Shown here one piece after another: positions 20,276-28,879 of a stretch of 64,000 bases of DNA (within the stretch, counting starts at the first letter, position 1; each line of letters begins with the position of its first letter). Source of the stretch: a virus. Both the position numbers and the translations under genes were made by a program. The notes below the pieces were generated by a model. It made no database searches. It was not told the DNA's origin and was given only the letters and a program-made list of their open reading frames with translations. The stretch lies in the IMG/VR virus record IMGVR_UViG_3300027518_000007, positions 575-64,574 of that record; one strand, 5' to 3'.

Positions 20276-20437
20276 GCGAATTAGCAAAAGCTGTGCCAAA
20301 ACTCAACAAAATCGAAAAAAGTTTTGTCAAAATCTCTTGACAATAAAATCTCTGGATTTCTCTTGCAAACTCAAGAAAGCTGTGGTATAATGACGATATA
20401 AGAGATAGAGAAGAAAGAAAGAAAGAGAGAGTTAGAG

Positions 20438-20656
20438 ATGGAAAAGGTTATGAGTGTGAATGGTTTCATTGGTTCGCTTCCCAAGATTGTTGAGAAGAAA
20501 GTTTGGAAAGTGACCGATCAGAATGGTACGGTTGTTCAGTATGTTGGTGCTACCGATAATCGGGAAAGCACTGCACAAGCGTACATTGATGAAAAGTATG
20601 TTGGTCAAAATCTTATCCTGACGTTCTCACACTTCAAGGGATTGATGGCCCTCTAA
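20438..20656 (+). CDS. Hypothetical early protein
   Basis: First ORF after promoter TTGCAA(20363)-17-TATAAT. Confidence 0.65.
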   Translation: MEKVMSVNGFIGSLPKIVEKKVWKVTDQNGTVVQYVGATDNRESTAQAYIDEKYVGQNLILTFSHFKGLMAL

Positions 20657-20718
20657 TAGAGGGGGTTGACAGAACAAAAAACTTTGATAAAATACTGGAA
20701 AGAGAAAGAGAGAAAAGA

Positions 20719-20928
20719 ATGTACGAAATTGGTGACAGTGTGACGCTCAAGGGATTCGATAGCCAGATTACTGGAAAGATTGTTTCCTATCATTACGATG
20801 AGGGTAACGTGTGGACGGTTAGGATGCCTGGTGGACAGGAATGGGATTTTGGCGACCATGAACTGGCTCCCGCAGTTGATGCGTACGGCCATCCTTGGAC
20901 TTATCGACCCACCCATAGTGGGGGTTGA
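20719..20928 (+). CDS. Small SH3/KOW-like beta protein
   Basis: YEIGDSVTLK...TGKIV...WTVR pattern. Confidence 0.55.
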   Translation: MYEIGDSVTLKGFDSQITGKIVSYHYDEGNVWTVRMPGGQEWDFGDHELAPAVDAYGHPWTYRPTHSGG

Positions 20929-20994
20929 TGCTTGGCGATGACATTCTGTATAATGCACACACAAGAGAACGATAGACCTAAGAGAGAAAAGAAA

Positions 20995-21375
20995 ATGAAA
21001 ACCAAGTTCCCCATCATCGAAAATGCCAAGCGTCAAGCCCGTATGTGCTTCAAGGGTATCGCAATCCCTGTTCGCCACGAAGTGACCGACGAACAGTTTA
21101 TCATCGACGTTGACTACGTTCATGGTGTGGCTGACCACAAGCGTTACGTTGTGAGTGAAAAGGTTCTCAAGTTCAATCGTACCGCTCTGAAAAATATCGG
21201 TAAGATTCGCAAGGAAAAGGCCGATCCCCGCTATGTAGGGGGTGAGGATACCATGATCGTTCCTGTTGGCAAGCCGGGTTCTCGCGAACGTGTGGAAGAA
21301 CTTGCCAAGCAGTATGCCGCTATTGCTGCTTGTGGTGAAGAAATCAGCCCGTTCAGCTTCAAGAGTGATGAATGA
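20995..21375 (+). CDS. Hypothetical early protein
   Basis: Start MKTKF chosen after own promoter; track start 20932. Confidence 0.65.
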   Translation: MKTKFPIIENAKRQARMCFKGIAIPVRHEVTDEQFIIDVDYVHGVADHKRYVVSEKVLKFNRTALKNIGKIRKEKADPRYVGGEDTMIVPVGKPGSRERVEELAKQYAAIAACGEEISPFSFKSDE

Positions 21376-21408
21376 GCGTACACTACTGCACAAAAGTATA
21401 GCAGTTGA

Positions 21409-21490
21409 CGTAAAGCGTTACCCTATAAGGACTTAGGGCAAACGCGGTCCGCCCCGCGAAGCGTAAGTATTTGTCAGATATAGACTTACG
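21409..21490. repeat. Repeat A unit 4/15
   Basis: CGTAAAGCGTT-ACCCTAT-AAGGACTTAGG ... CGTAAGTATTT-GTCAGAT-ATAGACTTACG. Confidence 0.9.
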
Positions 21491-21544
21491 TATCATTCCT
21501 CGAACCTTACGATATTGTAAGGAAACTTTTTCTGGTCTAACCTA

Positions 21545-21573
21545 TTGACTTTGGACGATAATAGTGGTATAAT
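21545..21573 (+). promoter_or_regulatory. sigma70-type early promoter with CGATA spacer motif
   Basis: TTGACT-TTGGACGATAATAGTGG-TATAAT. Confidence 0.8.
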
Positions 21574-21788
21574 GATAGAACAAGAAAGAGAGAATGAGAA
21601 TGAAAGAATTTTCCACTAGAGTTTTGCAGGACAACTTGTGGCTAGAGCAGGTCCGCCTCGCTAGGGATACCGATCCCGAAATGATCGAACTAAGGAAACA
21701 GCATATTTCCTATCTTGCAACAGAATTGCTTCGTCGCTATCGTGAAGAATCTGTATTGCTCGCTACTAAGTAAAGGATCGAAAGAAAA

Positions 21789-22118
21789 ATGCACAGTTCA
21801 AAAAATTATCCGTTGCACAGGGTTGGAGAAAATTGGCTAGTATGGTATATGTCGGATTATTATAATCGTGCGTACTATAACGGTAACACTCCAACTGCAA
21901 AAAATGCACGTATCGAAACTTTTGAGGGTACGGTAGTCAGTTCAAAATGGATGGATAATAAAAAAACTGGACACCCATATGGGTGGCTAGTTGTTATTAA
22001 ACTTGCCGATGGTTCATATCGTTCGCTCTATGAGTGTAAGTGTCAGATGATTAGTTCGCCCAAGAATAAAACTTGGTCGCAGACTATTAAAAATGAATCT
22101 GTAGTTGGTCTCGCCTAA
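21789..22118 (+). CDS. Hypothetical early protein
   Basis: 109-aa ORF; stop lies within repeat B copy 1. Confidence 0.6.
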   Translation: MHSSKNYPLHRVGENWLVWYMSDYYNRAYYNGNTPTAKNARIETFEGTVVSSKWMDNKKTGHPYGWLVVIKLADGSYRSLYECKCQMISSPKNKTWSQTIKNESVVGLA

Positions 22119-22152
22119 TCCTCCGGATTTGGGATGGATGGGTATAGACAGC
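22113..22152 (+). repeat. Repeat B copy 1/6 (40 bp)
   Basis: GCCTAATCCTCCGGATTTGGGATGGATGGGTATAGACAGC. Confidence 0.85.
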
Positions 22153-22589
22153 CTAAAGTTTGCTCCCTTGACGAACCGATAATAATAGTGTAGAATGGTG
22201 CAAAGAAAGAGGTACTGTATGTTGGGAGATTTTATTATGGTGTGGGTCTGGATGGGTGTCATGTGTGGGGTTTTGTTCTTTGCTTATTTTCTCTCTATTG
22301 TAGGAGAAGTTTGGCAAAGGATAAATGAATATGAGAATATGAAATCTAGGGGTTATACTCTTATGAAAAGTGATAAGGGTGATGATTTCTGGGTAGGATA
22401 CGGGGATTGACCGAATAACAATGGAGATGCAAGGATGTGTCAACTGGATTTCGTTAGTGTCGCTTTTGGTTATATTTGTGGTATCGTACTGTACGCTAGT
22501 ATGTCAAATATCATGTATATGGAGGAAAATGATGAGAGCGAGTGACTACATATTGTGGGGGGTGTGTTTTGTTATCGGTTGTGCTATGA

Positions 22590-22671
22590 CGTATCTCCTT
22601 CACCTGTAAGGACTTACGTCGAGTCCGGCCGCCCCCGCGAAGCGTAAGTGCTTATCCTGCAACACTTTACG
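22590..22671. repeat. Repeat A unit 5/15
   Basis: CGTATCTCCTT-CACCTGT-AAGGACTTACG ... CGTAAGTGCTT-ATCCTGC-AACACTTTACG. Confidence 0.9.
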
Positions 22672-22800
22672 TCAACTAAAAGATTTTTCATCTTTGGCAT
22701 GAAATTATATTCTGAAATTTTCCAAGTTCATGCTTGACACTGGCCGATAATAAGTGTAGAATCACAGCATCACGAACGGAAACCACCAAGGAACAGAATC

Positions 22801-22974
22801 ATGCTGAACTTCGACGAGATCAACGACATTCTGAACGACATGGCCGAAGCGGGGATTGTGGAGCCGATGGTTGAGCCGATTGACGACCCCAGCGTGGAAG
22901 TTAATTTTTGGGATTGGGCTGACGTTGTAGGTGCTGTTGACGATTTTGTTCCCGAGGAGTATGATCATGCTTAG
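22801..22974 (+). CDS. Small acidic protein (57 aa, not in track)
   Basis: MLNFDEINDILNDMAEAGIVEPMVEPIDDPSVEVNFWDWADVVGAVDDFVPEEYDHA; RBS AAGGA; promoter at 22734. Confidence 0.65.
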   Translation: MLNFDEINDILNDMAEAGIVEPMVEPIDDPSVEVNFWDWADVVGAVDDFVPEEYDHA

Positions 22975-23034
22975 TGCGATTGCGTTTGTTGCGTCTTACG
23001 TTGGTTTGCTTTACATTACTACCATTGTGAGGGA

Positions 23035-23298
23035 TTGACCATGGGCTACGAGTATGACGATGTTGAAGATTTTTACGGTGAGTGCATGGACACTGACCTT
23101 TCCGATTATGAGGTTGAGGATGATTCGTTTGATGATAGTATGGATGGTGATGCTGAATCTGCGTTGGCTTCCGCAGGACACGGAATGGATGAGTCCTACG
23201 GCTATTACGGGGAAGATTTAGACTATCAGGAAGATTTCCACGCCGATGAGGCTGTGGGATTCGTAGACTATAACGAGGATGGACCATACGACGATTGA
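23035..23298 (+). CDS. Extremely acidic protein (DNA-mimic candidate)
   Basis: 32 of 87 residues D/E, no K or R. Confidence 0.65.
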   Translation: MTMGYEYDDVEDFYGECMDTDLSDYEVEDDSFDDSMDGDAESALASAGHGMDESYGYYGEDLDYQEDFHADEAVGFVDYNEDGPYDD

Positions 23299-23306
23299 GA
23301 ATTCGC

Positions 23307-23388
23307 CGTAAACCCTTTGTGCATAAGCACTTAGGGCTTGCGCGGCCCGCCCGGTTTGCTCTAAGTCTATATGCTGCAATACTTTGCG
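23307..23388. repeat. Repeat A unit 6/15
   Basis: CGTAAACCCTT-TGTGCAT-AAGCACTTAGG ... TCTAAGTCTAT-ATGCTGC-AATACTTTGCG. Confidence 0.9.
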
Positions 23389-23796
23389 TCAACCTTACGA
23401 GATTGTAAGAAAACTTTCTTCTTGACACCTAAATATTCTCTGCTATACTTGTCGATATAAGAGATAGAGAAAGAGAGTGAATGATGAGTCGATATGATGA
23501 CTGGGATGATGAGGATTCGGACGACGGCTATGATGCTGCTCGTGATGCTTACTTGACGGGTGAAGGCCCGGCAGTTACCCGTAAGCAACGTGAAGAAGTA
23601 GAAGTTTGGAATGAAGAATGTCGTCGTAACGGGTGGTAGTCCATTGAGGAAATAAAATGAAAACAAAAAAGAAAGAGTTGACAGCACATCAGAAAGCTGT
23701 TATACTCATGAATCGTGAAGCTAATCGTGCAGTGAATCGTGTGAAGATGTTAGAACAGTTGTATATTGAAACCATGAAAGCAAAGGAAATTGTTAA

Positions 23797-24027
23797 ATGA
23801 AGTGCGTTGTTACCCATACGGATACTTTTGGCGGCGAAGCTAACTTTGGCTGGGTGAATCGTTATGAGTTCATCCCCAAGAAGAATGCTAGCCAGCGTAG
23901 CGTTGTCCGTAAGGCTAAGGCTCTGGCCGGTATGACAGCGGTCAAGGCCGATACTCTTGACTATGGCGATGGTTATACCGTTAGGCCGCGTGGCTATGCT
24001 CAAATCATCTTTGTTGATTTTGAGTAA
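23797..24027 (+). CDS. Hypothetical early protein
   Basis: TDTFGGEANFGWVNR motif. Confidence 0.65.
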   Translation: MKCVVTHTDTFGGEANFGWVNRYEFIPKKNASQRSVVRKAKALAGMTAVKADTLDYGDGYTVRPRGYAQIIFVDFE

Positions 24028-24042
24028 AAAATAATCTCTCGT

Positions 24043-24124
24043 CGTAAACCCTTTGTGCTCAAACACTTAGGGCCGACAGGGCGGGCCGCGCTCGTTGTAA
24101 GTTCTTATACTGCAATACTTTACG
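24043..24124. repeat. Repeat A unit 7/15
   Basis: CGTAAACCCTT-TGTGCTC-AAACACTTAGG ... TGTAAGTTCTT-ATACTGC-AATACTTTACG. Confidence 0.9.
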
Positions 24125-24220
24125 TCAATCCTTACAATCTCGTAAGATTCAAGTTTACCCCTTGCAATTGACGATAATAGATAGTAGAATGAGGTATAGA
24201 AGAAAGGCAAGAGTGAACAC

Positions 24221-24484
24221 ATGAGTCCCGACGGAAGCTATAACGGTTATCAAAACTATCAGACGTGGAATGTTTGCTTGTGGATCAGCAATGATGAAGG
24301 TTTGTATAGTCTGGCCAAACAGTGTGGCTCTTACGATCATTTCAAGATTTTGATTCGTGAGATTTTTACCACGGCTCCTATCCGATTTGAAACGCCCGAT
24401 TGTGTGGCGTGGAATGATAGTGGTATCAACATGGCTGAAATGGTAGAGTATTGGGAAGAAAATTTTTCTAAAGTTCCCGCTTGA
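24221..24484 (+). CDS. Conserved-looking phage early protein
   Basis: YNGYQNYQTWNVCLWISNDEGLY motif; promoter at 24162. Confidence 0.7.
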   Translation: MSPDGSYNGYQNYQTWNVCLWISNDEGLYSLAKQCGSYDHFKILIREIFTTAPIRFETPDCVAWNDSGINMAEMVEYWEENFSKVPA

Positions 24485-24554
24485 CAAATGACGATAAATA
24501 GTGTAGACTTGTGGCATGGATGTTGTGATTAGTTTTCAATTTGAAAGGGTTTCT

Positions 24555-24959
24555 ATGAACGATGCGTTTTTGTTTGGTGCGATTTTTGCGGCTGCTGCCG
24601 TTGCTGTTGTGGGTTTCGTCTTCTATTCGGTCTATGGTGGATCGAAGGCTAGCTTGGCGAATGCCCAAGAGGGTCAGGTTTTCAACTTTGTTTACGAGCA
24701 GCCTTTGCACGGAACGCATGAGCGTTTTCTTGCTAAGGTGATTGGCAAGCAGACGTTGACTGCCGATCAGATTGCGAAACTGAATCGCAAGAGTCGGTAT
24801 CGTATCAATGATCCTGAGTTTGTGCGTACCAGCAATCTGGTAACGTGTCGAACTGCGGATGGTAAGGTGCGTAATTTCTACGCAGAACGTGTAACGAAGT
24901 GCCGAAAGCCGTTGCTGGCCGGTGCTTTGTTCAAGAGCGGGTTTGCTAACCTGTTCTAA
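24555..24959 (+). CDS. Membrane-anchored hypothetical protein
   Basis: N-terminal TM helix; start MNDAF after RBS AAGGG. Confidence 0.65.
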   Translation: MNDAFLFGAIFAAAAVAVVGFVFYSVYGGSKASLANAQEGQVFNFVYEQPLHGTHERFLAKVIGKQTLTADQIAKLNRKSRYRINDPEFVRTSNLVTCRTADGKVRNFYAERVTKCRKPLLAGALFKSGFANLF

Positions 24960-24993
24960 AAACTAGCAGTCTCTGCCTACTAACTGACCAACC

Positions 24994-25075
24994 CCTAACC
25001 CTTTGACACCAAAGGACTTAGGGCGAGGTCGGCCCGCCCGCGTCGTCGTAAGTCTTTATGCACCAACACTTTACG
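24994..25075. repeat. Repeat A unit 8/15
   Basis: CCTAACCCTTT-GACACCA-AAGGACTTAGG ... CGTAAGTCTTT-ATGCACC-AACACTTTACG. Confidence 0.9.
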
Positions 25076-25104
25076 ACAATCTTTTTTTGCTCAAGTTTTT
25101 CCTC

Positions 25105-25133
25105 TTGACAGGCCGATAATAGTAGTGTAGAAT
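25105..25133 (+). promoter_or_regulatory. sigma70-type early promoter with CGATA spacer motif
   Basis: TTGACA-GGCCGATAATAGTAGTG-TAGAAT. Confidence 0.85.
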
Positions 25134-25157
25134 ACAGGGAATCAAAAGGAGAAAAAG

Positions 25158-25421
25158 ATGCTGTTTACGCCATATGCTTTGACCGATTCTGTGACTCGTA
25201 CTGTGAGTGATGAAAACATGGTTACTTTTAGTGGACTATCCACTGGTGGTCGTGAGTTTTCCATAGTCACGCATCTTGACGATGCCAATCGTTGGATCAA
25301 TGGAGAGTTGATTCAAGTTGCTTTCCCTTATCTCAATGCTGATCAGCGTGAGGTTTTGAAGACAGGAATCGATAGTCAGAGTTGGGAAGAAATGTTTGCT
25401 GGATCGGAGGATGATGAATGA
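25158..25421 (+). CDS. Hypothetical early protein
   Basis: RWINGELIQVAFPYLNADQREVLKTGI; RBS AGGAG. Confidence 0.7.
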   Translation: MLFTPYALTDSVTRTVSDENMVTFSGLSTGGREFSIVTHLDDANRWINGELIQVAFPYLNADQREVLKTGIDSQSWEEMFAGSEDDE

Positions 25422-25561
25422 ATACCGATACCTATATAGTCATGAAGGGTAATAAGGTTGTAGGTTATGTTCAAGCGTACAGTACCTATCATGCGTTGTG
25501 TCAGGCTGAGAAACTTTATGGGAAAAATTTGCTAATCGAGCGAATTACCCATTCTTGTCCT

Positions 25562-25601
25562 GCCTAATCCTTCGGATTTGGGCTGAGTGGGTATAGTCAG
25601 C
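25562..25601 (+). repeat. Repeat B copy 2/6
   Basis: GCCTAATCCTTCGGATTTGGGCTGAGTGGGTATAGTCAGC. Confidence 0.85.
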
Positions 25602-25663
25602 CAATAGTCGGGATTTGACAAAGAGCCTTTAATAGAGTATATTGAGCAGAAAGGGAGAGTTTT

Positions 25664-25867
25664 ATGTTGACAGATGATGAGCGTATGGCTGTTTGTGATT
25701 GTGTGGCTGATTTTTCCATTCGTCTGTTCAGTGCTGCTACTGTGGATGAGCAGGCTATTCATGATGAGTTGGATATTTTCTTTGAGTTCTTTTGTAGGGC
25801 TCTTGAGATTGCCAAGAGGGATGGGGTAGTTAGGGTTCGTGAGTCTATTGGGGCTAGTAATAACTAA
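25664..25867 (+). CDS. Hypothetical early protein
   Basis: RBS GGGAG; stop abuts repeat A unit 9. Confidence 0.65.
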   Translation: MLTDDERMAVCDCVADFSIRLFSAATVDEQAIHDELDIFFEFFCRALEIAKRDGVVRVRESIGASNN

Positions 25868-25868
25868 T

Positions 25869-25950
25869 CGTAAGTCCTTATCCTTAAAGAACTTAGGGAT
25901 AGGGCGGCGGGCCGGATTTGATGTAAGTGCTTGTGTATCATAGGGTTACA
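25869..25950. repeat. Repeat A unit 9/15
   Basis: CGTAAGTCCTT-ATCCTTA-AAGAACTTAGG ... TGTAAGTGCTT-GTGTATC-ATAGGGTTACA. Confidence 0.9.
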
Positions 25951-25989
25951 TCAACTCTAAAAAATTTTTGGAATTCCTACAGATAGCTC

Positions 25990-26018
25990 TTGACAAGTGA
26001 CGATAATAGATGTATACT
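25990..26018 (+). promoter_or_regulatory. sigma70-type promoter upstream of candidate ncRNA
   Basis: TTGACA-AGTGACGATAATAGATG-TATACT. Confidence 0.85.
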
Positions 26019-26024
26019 TAGCAC

Positions 26025-26340
26025 ATAAGCAGATGAGGGCCGCTGGCAGAATGATATCAAAGAAGCCACGGTTAAATGGCTGTCGAGTATGGCTCAACCC
26101 TATCTGTTTTATAATACAATTCGCGTGGGTCCATGCCTTGGACTAGGTTAGGTAACTCATTACGATAAGCCCCGCATGTCGCGGCAGCGATGGGGCTGAC
26201 AGTACCGGTTACGTACTGGATAGTAGTGCTAATCTATGGGGGATCGCGTCCTCACCACGTTTAAACTATGCACTGGTAGTTTCCTTAGATAAGGTAAAAC
26301 CTTGAGGTTGTAATAGCACATACCAAGTAGTTATTACGTA
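26025..26340 (+). ncRNA. Candidate structured non-coding RNA(s)
   Basis: ORF-free ~350 nt after a strong promoter; multiple nested stems (see findings). Confidence 0.55.
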
Positions 26341-26542
26341 AAACTATCAGTGCTTGGTAACAATATAAAGGATAAGAGATGAATAAAAACGAAGCTATAC
26401 TTAAGATTCTTAGAGTGTTGAGAAGTCAAGCGGCTGCGGTTAATAAAGCTAATAGAGAAGAAGCATTGACTTTAGCAGATGAATATGGTATAACTGCCAA
26501 AGAATTGATTGACACTTGGGTTGAAATCTGTAGGAATATATA

Positions 26543-26803
26543 ATGGAATGGATTAGTTTTCACGGGCCTCGTCGCCCTATTAATGGTCAAAAGATTATCT
26601 ATTATGGTGAGCCTATTGGTGTGTGGCGTGGAAAGTATAGAATAAACTATGAGGATGAGTTCTGTATTCATAATATTGATTGTGGTGAAGCTCCCGGTAA
26701 TGTTGATTATTTCGATGCTCCGTACTGGCAACCCGATGAGGGACAGCCCAAACCACCACCACCAGAACAGCCCTACCCACCAGATTATCCTTGGAAAAAC
26801 TGA
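26543..26803 (+). CDS. Hypothetical protein
   Basis: 86-aa ORF coupled to a 54-aa ORF at 26379-26543. Confidence 0.6.
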   Translation: MEWISFHGPRRPINGQKIIYYGEPIGVWRGKYRINYEDEFCIHNIDCGEAPGNVDYFDAPYWQPDEGQPKPPPPEQPYPPDYPWKN

Positions 26804-27342
26804 TCGCTTTTCTTGATATTCTCTATCGCCCACAGCGGTTGTAAATTAGAATAGTGAAAACATTCTTTTTGTTGGTCAGAATCGGACAGATCGAATAGAG
26901 CACAAGGTTTTATGTGGTCGATATGCCACTTTCCGTAATTATCCCAATTCATACCTTCTGTAAACATTGCCGATAAATAAACTTTTAATGCCTCGATAGA
27001 GCATCCTATTAAGACCATCGTTGATACAGATTTGCTGTTGTTTTTGATAGCTTTGTAAATTCTACCTCTCAAATTAATTTTAATCTTGTAATTTACGTCT
27101 GTTTGTCTACGTTCTTTTGAGCGTTCTCTTTTACGAGCATTGACTTTGTCACTATTCAGTTTTTCTAACTCTCTTTGTCTGTCTTTATATTTTAAGTAAT
27201 ATGCAGCTTTGTATTCTTTATCTTTGCCTTTACGAGATATAGAGCGACATTCTTTACACTGATGAGCATAGCCGGTCCTTCTTTTATGAAATTGAGATAC
27301 TGATAATTCTTGTTTGCATTTATTACAAATTTTTATATCCAT
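26785..27342 (-). CDS. HNH homing-type endonuclease (paralog of 41704 and 60333 genes)
   Basis: CNKC...CKEC N-terminal Zn motif; WHIDHIKP...CFHYSNLQPLWAIENIKKS. Confidence 0.85.
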   Translation of the reverse strand: MDIKICNKCKQELSVSQFHKRRTGYAHQCKECRSISRKGKDKEYKAAYYLKYKDRQRELEKLNSDKVNARKRERSKERRQTDVNYKIKINLRGRIYKAIKNNSKSVSTMVLIGCSIEALKVYLSAMFTEGMNWDNYGKWHIDHIKPCALFDLSDSDQQKECFHYSNLQPLWAIENIKKSDQFFQG

Positions 27343-27425
27343 TTCTACCTCCTGAAATTAAGCTGGAATATAGTATTATACACCAAAATAATCCGTAGTG
27401 GATGCCAAATTATCCTAGTGGTTGA

Positions 27426-27507
27426 CATAAGTCCTTGCTGCTAAAAGACTTAGCTCAAGGGAGGGCGGCCGGGTTTGACGTAAGTCCTTATCTCTAAAGA
27501 CTTTACG
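27426..27507. repeat. Repeat A unit 10/15
   Basis: CATAAGTCCTT-GCTGCTA-AAAGACTTAGC ... CGTAAGTCCTT-ATCTCTA-AAGACTTTACG. Confidence 0.9.
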
Positions 27508-27588
27508 ATTAGCAATATTTTTTCAAGATTTCCTCTTGACTTGTCGATAATAGTAGTGTAAGATAGTGGTAACACGAAAGGGAATAAA

Positions 27589-27813
27589 ATGACTGTTGCT
27601 GAACTGATTGAGCAATTGCAGAGTTACCCATCTGATATGAAGGTTTTGACCCTTGGTTATGAGGGTGGATATAATGATGTTAAGCTGAATACAGAAGAGA
27701 TTGTATTCAATTTCTCCAAAAATGACGCTTGGTATTATGGGCCTCATGAGTGCGTAAAGCATACTGATTACGATAATGGTACACAATGTTTAGTTGTTAT
27801 GAGGACAAAATGA
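27589..27813 (+). CDS. Hypothetical phage protein
   Basis: MTVAELIEQLQSYPSDMKV pattern; promoter at 27536. Confidence 0.7.
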   Translation: MTVAELIEQLQSYPSDMKVLTLGYEGGYNDVKLNTEEIVFNFSKNDAWYYGPHECVKHTDYDNGTQCLVVMRTK

Positions 27814-28223
27814 AACAAAATAAGTTCCATGCTGAAGTAAGATTTCATCTAGGCAAGGGTGAACACTTTCGACATTGGCAGATTAAGGTGATGCGAGGAA
27901 GAAAGAAAGTTGACGAGTATTACTACAATCCGGGCCATTATCAGTTAGTGATGATTGGGTGTAAGCTGGTCAACAACCTGAAGAAAGCTCAGAAGGTTCA
28001 TAAGGCTGGTAAGAAGGATGTTAGTGGGTGGGTAAAGTGTGAAGAGGTTCAAATAAATAACGAGATTAGTATTGACAATCTTGAAAAGCTCTACTATAAT
28101 CCCATTCGCGACCCGCAGTGGCGTAGGGAAAGTGATTGTGGCGAATTTGCTTGGGACGATTCCCAGTATGCCACGCTGATAACACAAGATCGACAAGTCT
28201 ACATTTTGGAGGAAAGAGAATGA
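27810..28223 (+). CDS. Hypothetical protein
   Basis: ATGA overlap with upstream gene. Confidence 0.65.
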   Translation: MKQNKFHAEVRFHLGKGEHFRHWQIKVMRGRKKVDEYYYNPGHYQLVMIGCKLVNNLKKAQKVHKAGKKDVSGWVKCEEVQINNEISIDNLEKLYYNPIRDPQWRRESDCGEFAWDDSQYATLITQDRQVYILEERE

Positions 28224-28594
28224 TTAAGGTTGAGATGAGCGTTCGTGAGGCTCTGAACATGGTGTCGAATGGTTGCAATCTGGATATTTATGAAAAGATC
28301 GTATGTGCGTTTGAGGTTGCATTGGGCGTGAACCAACGTCGTTCTGTCACTATCACTGGAGGGATGAATACGGACAACCGTATTCCTTGTATCAAAGCTA
28401 TTCGTCTGCACACTGGATGGGGTCTCAAAGAGGCCAAGGATTGGAGTGATTATCTGGTTGGTGGTTGGAAGTATGATAAGTGGTATCCTGCTCCATCTGG
28501 CACCAAGCATAGCCTTACTCTGAAAACGCCGGAAGCGGCAGAGGCATTGTTGCGTGACCTGACCACCTTGGGTTGTGAGGGTTTTCTCTCATGA
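28220..28594 (+). CDS. Protein with ribosomal bL12 C-terminal-like domain
   Basis: NRIPCIKAIRLHTGWGLKEAKDW matches the L7/L12 CTD signature KIxxIKxxRxxTGLGLKEAK; start 28220. Confidence 0.7.
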   Translation: MIKVEMSVREALNMVSNGCNLDIYEKIVCAFEVALGVNQRRSVTITGGMNTDNRIPCIKAIRLHTGWGLKEAKDWSDYLVGGWKYDKWYPAPSGTKHSLTLKTPEAAEALLRDLTTLGCEGFLS

Positions 28595-28676
28595 CCTAAA
28601 GCCTTGTCCCTAAAGAACTTAGGGCGAGGCTGGGCCGCCGAATTTGACGTAAGTCCTTATCAGCAAACAACTTAGG
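28595..28676. repeat. Repeat A unit 11/15
   Basis: CCTAAAGCCTT-GTCCCTA-AAGAACTTAGG ... CGTAAGTCCTT-ATCAGCA-AACAACTTAGG. Confidence 0.9.
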
Positions 28677-28715
28677 ACAAAATCAAAAATTTTTGAGGGA
28701 CACTCAAGTTCCGGC

Positions 28716-28744
28716 TTGACAATGACGATACTATACTGTAGAAT
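28716..28744 (+). promoter_or_regulatory. sigma70-type early promoter with CGATA spacer motif
   Basis: TTGACA-ATGACGATACTATACTG-TAGAAT. Confidence 0.85.
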
Positions 28745-28879
28745 GAGAGTATCACGAGACAAGACTCCGCGATGATGCCAACAACAGAAACCATCACGAC
28801 GGACTTGACAAGTGGGTAACAGTAGCGTATACTGATACTAGAATGATTGGTAACTGTAACACTTTTTGGAGAAGATAAG

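Noticed and set aside
22901-23687. Minus-strand ORFs 22901-23428 and 23367-23687
   Set aside because: They run antisense across plus-strand genes, promoters and repeat units; they are a by-product of the GC-rich repeats.
26030-26106. 77-nt stem domain as a tRNA or hammerhead ribozyme
   Set aside because: No TTC T-loop or cloverleaf geometry; CTGATGA/GAAA hammerhead core not present.
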